This document shows, one piece after another, positions 61,336 through 64,000 of a stretch of 64,000 nt of DNA. Origin of the DNA: Curvularia clavata (taxonomy: Eukaryota); the NCBI GenBank assembly GCA_023920165.1, contig CP089274.1:3658001-3722000 (forward strand), read 5' to 3'. Position numbers and translations under genes: made by a program. How positions within the stretch are numbered: position 1 is the stretch's first letter; the number at the start of each line of letters is the position of its first letter. Below the pieces are notes generated by a model. The model did not search any database. It was not told the DNA's origin and saw only the letters and a program-made list of their open reading frames with translations.

Positions 61336-63108
61336 TCACGGTTTGTTCGGCTCCAGGCTCTCGCGGCGTGGCTTTACTGCCTTTTGCGCATCGGCTCGAG
61401 ATTGTTCTACTTCTCTCTTCAAGCGCATGTCGTCCCTGGTCGGACTCGTATCATCACCATCATCAGTCGTAGGCTTAGACTCGTTCACAGGATGGATCTC
61501 CTTTCCAGGAGAAGCAGCACCGCTGCTTTCCCCTGCCACTGTCGCTGGCTTTGTCTCTGCTACTGCCCTCATTTTATTACGGCCACTCTGCGCACGATTC
61601 TCCTGACCCTCGAGCGCCTTTTGCATGCGGAAGAGCACATGATCCGCCGCACGCAGAATAACTCGACCATCCTCAGCATCCTTACGCCATCGCTCACGCT
61701 TCTCACGCGCAAATCTCGCATCTACACTGCCTTCCTCGAAGCGCTGCACCTCGGCATGAATCTGCGCTCCTAGTTTTTCTATCTCGAGAGCTGAGAAGCT
61801 GGGGCGGTGGGTGGTGGGGTTTATGAGATGGGGCTGGGGAAGCCATGCAGCTTCATCGTTGTCTGGTGAAATGGGAGATTCCAACACGGCTTTGTGTTGC
61901 AGCGACATGCGCCAGTGGATAATTTTCATATCCAGGGCGTCTGCGGCATTGCGCAGGCGGTTGTATGCTACATCTACGAGATGAATCTCCTGGAGTCGGC
62001 GGAGGCGCTCGTCGGGGTCCATGGACTTGTCTTTACGGCAGTATTCGTAGCGCTGTTGGGCATTGAGGAAGAGGAGGTATTCTGCTTCTTCGAGAAGGAC
62101 TTGCTTCTCTATCTCCATTTCCTCGATTCGAAGTTCTGTGCCTTCGACATTAATTTGTGCGAGATCGGCTGTGTAGTCGACTGGTGAGAAGTAGAAGGGC
62201 AGGTCTGGCTTTTGCTCTGCAGGATGGGCGTCTACATTGGTGGATTGCTTTACTGTTTGCACAGCAGCTTCGTCGGGCTCATCGTCGTCCATTCGGTCAA
62301 AAACGTCGTCGGGGAGGAGCTGGGTATACCAGACGCCATTGTGCCGGACGTACTGCTGCATGATAGGGCTCAGCTTGGCCATGAGCTCCTTGTCCCAGAA
62401 TATAGCCCAGAACTCGAGCGACCTTCGCTTTCGATGTGCATCAAGACGCTTGTAGGCCTTTTGCCGCTCCCCAGTGTACCGAAAGTAGGCATGAGCTCCC
62501 AGCACACCTGTACAGCCACCTATGTTCATCATGCCCAAGCACCGCGTCCAGCGCGGTATAGCAAGGGAGCGACGCCTGAGCAGCATAGGTATCGAAGCCG
62601 ATAACCCAAGCGCGGCACCCGCCAACGCGCCATCGTCAACCGTGTATCTCTTAGTCGATTCATACAGTTTCCACTTGTTAACCTCCTGCACCTTCCCCGC
62701 CACAACCACATTTGCAAAAGATGAGTAATAGTACCAATTTACCGCCGCTCCGGCCAAGCCAACGCAAAGGCCCAGTCTCGCCGATGATCGAACAAACAAG
62801 GCGGGCTTAGATGGTAGAATTGCTTGTTGAGGCGCTATCCGTTGGTTGAGTGTCGAGGCAAACGACGTATACACTGCGGCAAGGAGCGTCGAGGAAACAA
62901 GACATGTTTGTAACGTTGCATTTGCGCCAATGGTATCTGGTCGTTTCGGAACAAGCCGATGTTGGCCTTCCCCTGTGACGGTGTTGTATCAGTACAAGGC
63001 CATACATGTGTATATCTCTTGATCTGCCCCAGCCCCTTTCTTCTTTTATGGTCGGTCTCTCTCTCTCCTTGTTAGCTTACCAGGCGGCACAAAAAGTCGC
63101 AGCACCAT
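61336..63108 (-). CDS. Hypothetical membrane protein (N-terminal Gly-rich TM segments, coiled-coil middle); exons 63108-63081 and 62972-61336
   Basis: Intron 62973-63080 (GTAAGC..ACTGAT..CAG) links MVLRLFVPPG in frame to the 512-codon ORF. Confidence 0.75.
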
Positions 63109-64000
63109 TGCTTGTGGAAGCGAATAACGGCTTTGCAGCTGCAAACCAGCGGGGCTACCAGAGCATCGCAGTACTGATATGCTAAGAGGGAGAGTGTCGA
63201 GCAAAGAGAGGGTGTACAGGGAACCAGGGGGCCGGGACGCGCGTGAGGTATTCACGGGGCCATTTTGATGGCGGGCGGAGGGTGCGCGGGCGTTTGCCGT
63301 GAGTGGGCAAGGCTGTGGCTGTTCCCAAAAGTCATGAGGCTGATCTGAAACCTGGTCGTACATAGAAGGCAGCCCACAGCGGACGGCCACGGGGAAAGGC
63401 GCCCGCAGCGGACGCTGCTGCGCATCAATTCCGCATTGGGCAAAGGGTTGTGAGGACGGGGGCGTTGTTGAGAGGGAGGGCAAGCCCGCGGCGTTAGGAT
63501 TGGCGGTTTGCGCCGCATGCGAACTTTACAGGGTTCAGCGAGCGCACGTGACGACGTTGATCATGCGACGAACTGCAGGCTCGTTCTAGGCACGCGCAAT
63601 AACTGCCGAGGAAATCCAACCCGTTATGGTCAGAACTTAGTCGAGGGGGGACGGGCGACGGCGGCGCTGACGATTCATGCAACACCACACTATACAAGCT
63701 GAACTTATGGCTTCAATACTTTCACAAATACCAAAACGAAACACCGGCACAATGCACCAATTTACGCCCCCCTGTAGTAGCTCATACTGTTGGTTCCTTA
63801 CTACTAAGATAACGCTTTCGCTCGAGCGCTAAGGCAGCCCGCCATTACTACCACTCTAGCCATTCCCAACCATCCTTCTCGGCTCTAGATTCCCGCCTAT
63901 TACAATACTCGTATTCTCAGTCTAGTGAAGCATAGTACCACCCGGAATAAGAAAGGATAGGGATGCGAAAGTTTTTGTCCCGAAAAGCAAAAAAGCAAAA

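Noticed and set aside
62973..63080. Possible nested intron (stwintron): internal GTATGG donor and a GCTAAC overlapping the 5' donor
   Set aside because: The internal intron would be only 33 nt, and its removal does not recreate a split donor or acceptor.
1..64000. Functional gene cluster, CRISPR array, prophage or intact transposon
   Set aside because: The genes are functionally unrelated housekeeping and regulatory loci. No PKS/NRPS, transposase or reverse transcriptase, terminal repeats or spaced direct repeats were seen.

Overview
Gene-dense euchromatic DNA from a filamentous ascomycete. Short GT-AG introns with CTAAC/CTGAC branch points and the gene content suggest a Dothideomycete/Pleosporales; this is inference, not a database match. 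I reconstructed about 23 protein-coding genes, most of them spliced, by reading splice signals by hand: a Ran1/Sks1/Vhs1-like kinase, a fungal transcription factor with only half a Zn-cluster, AP-2 alpha adaptin, a Crd2/CmtA-type metallothionein and DPM3 (both absent from the ORF track), an SmgGDS/Bem4-like ARM protein, an oxidoreductase-like-domain protein, CENP-P/Ctf19, a PLP-homeostasis protein, an alpha/beta hydrolase, a secreted aldose 1-epimerase, Sip5, an MscS-like channel, an F-box-like protein, PIG-Y/Eri1-like, Zrg17-like CDF, an RBR E3 ligase, cyclin L, Ish1/Msc1 and several orphans, plus one intron-containing tRNA-Phe(GAA). I found no transposon, CRISPR array, rRNA or secondary-metabolite cluster, and no clearly novel multi-gene system. 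The best leads are local: the C3H half zinc cluster, the metallothionein promoter with CBC:HapX- and SreA-type sites, a high-GC3 68-aa membrane microprotein, a possible two-part mitochondrial precursor, two candidate structured/foldback RNAs and several unusual splicing arrangements. All homology calls come from motif recognition, not from searches.
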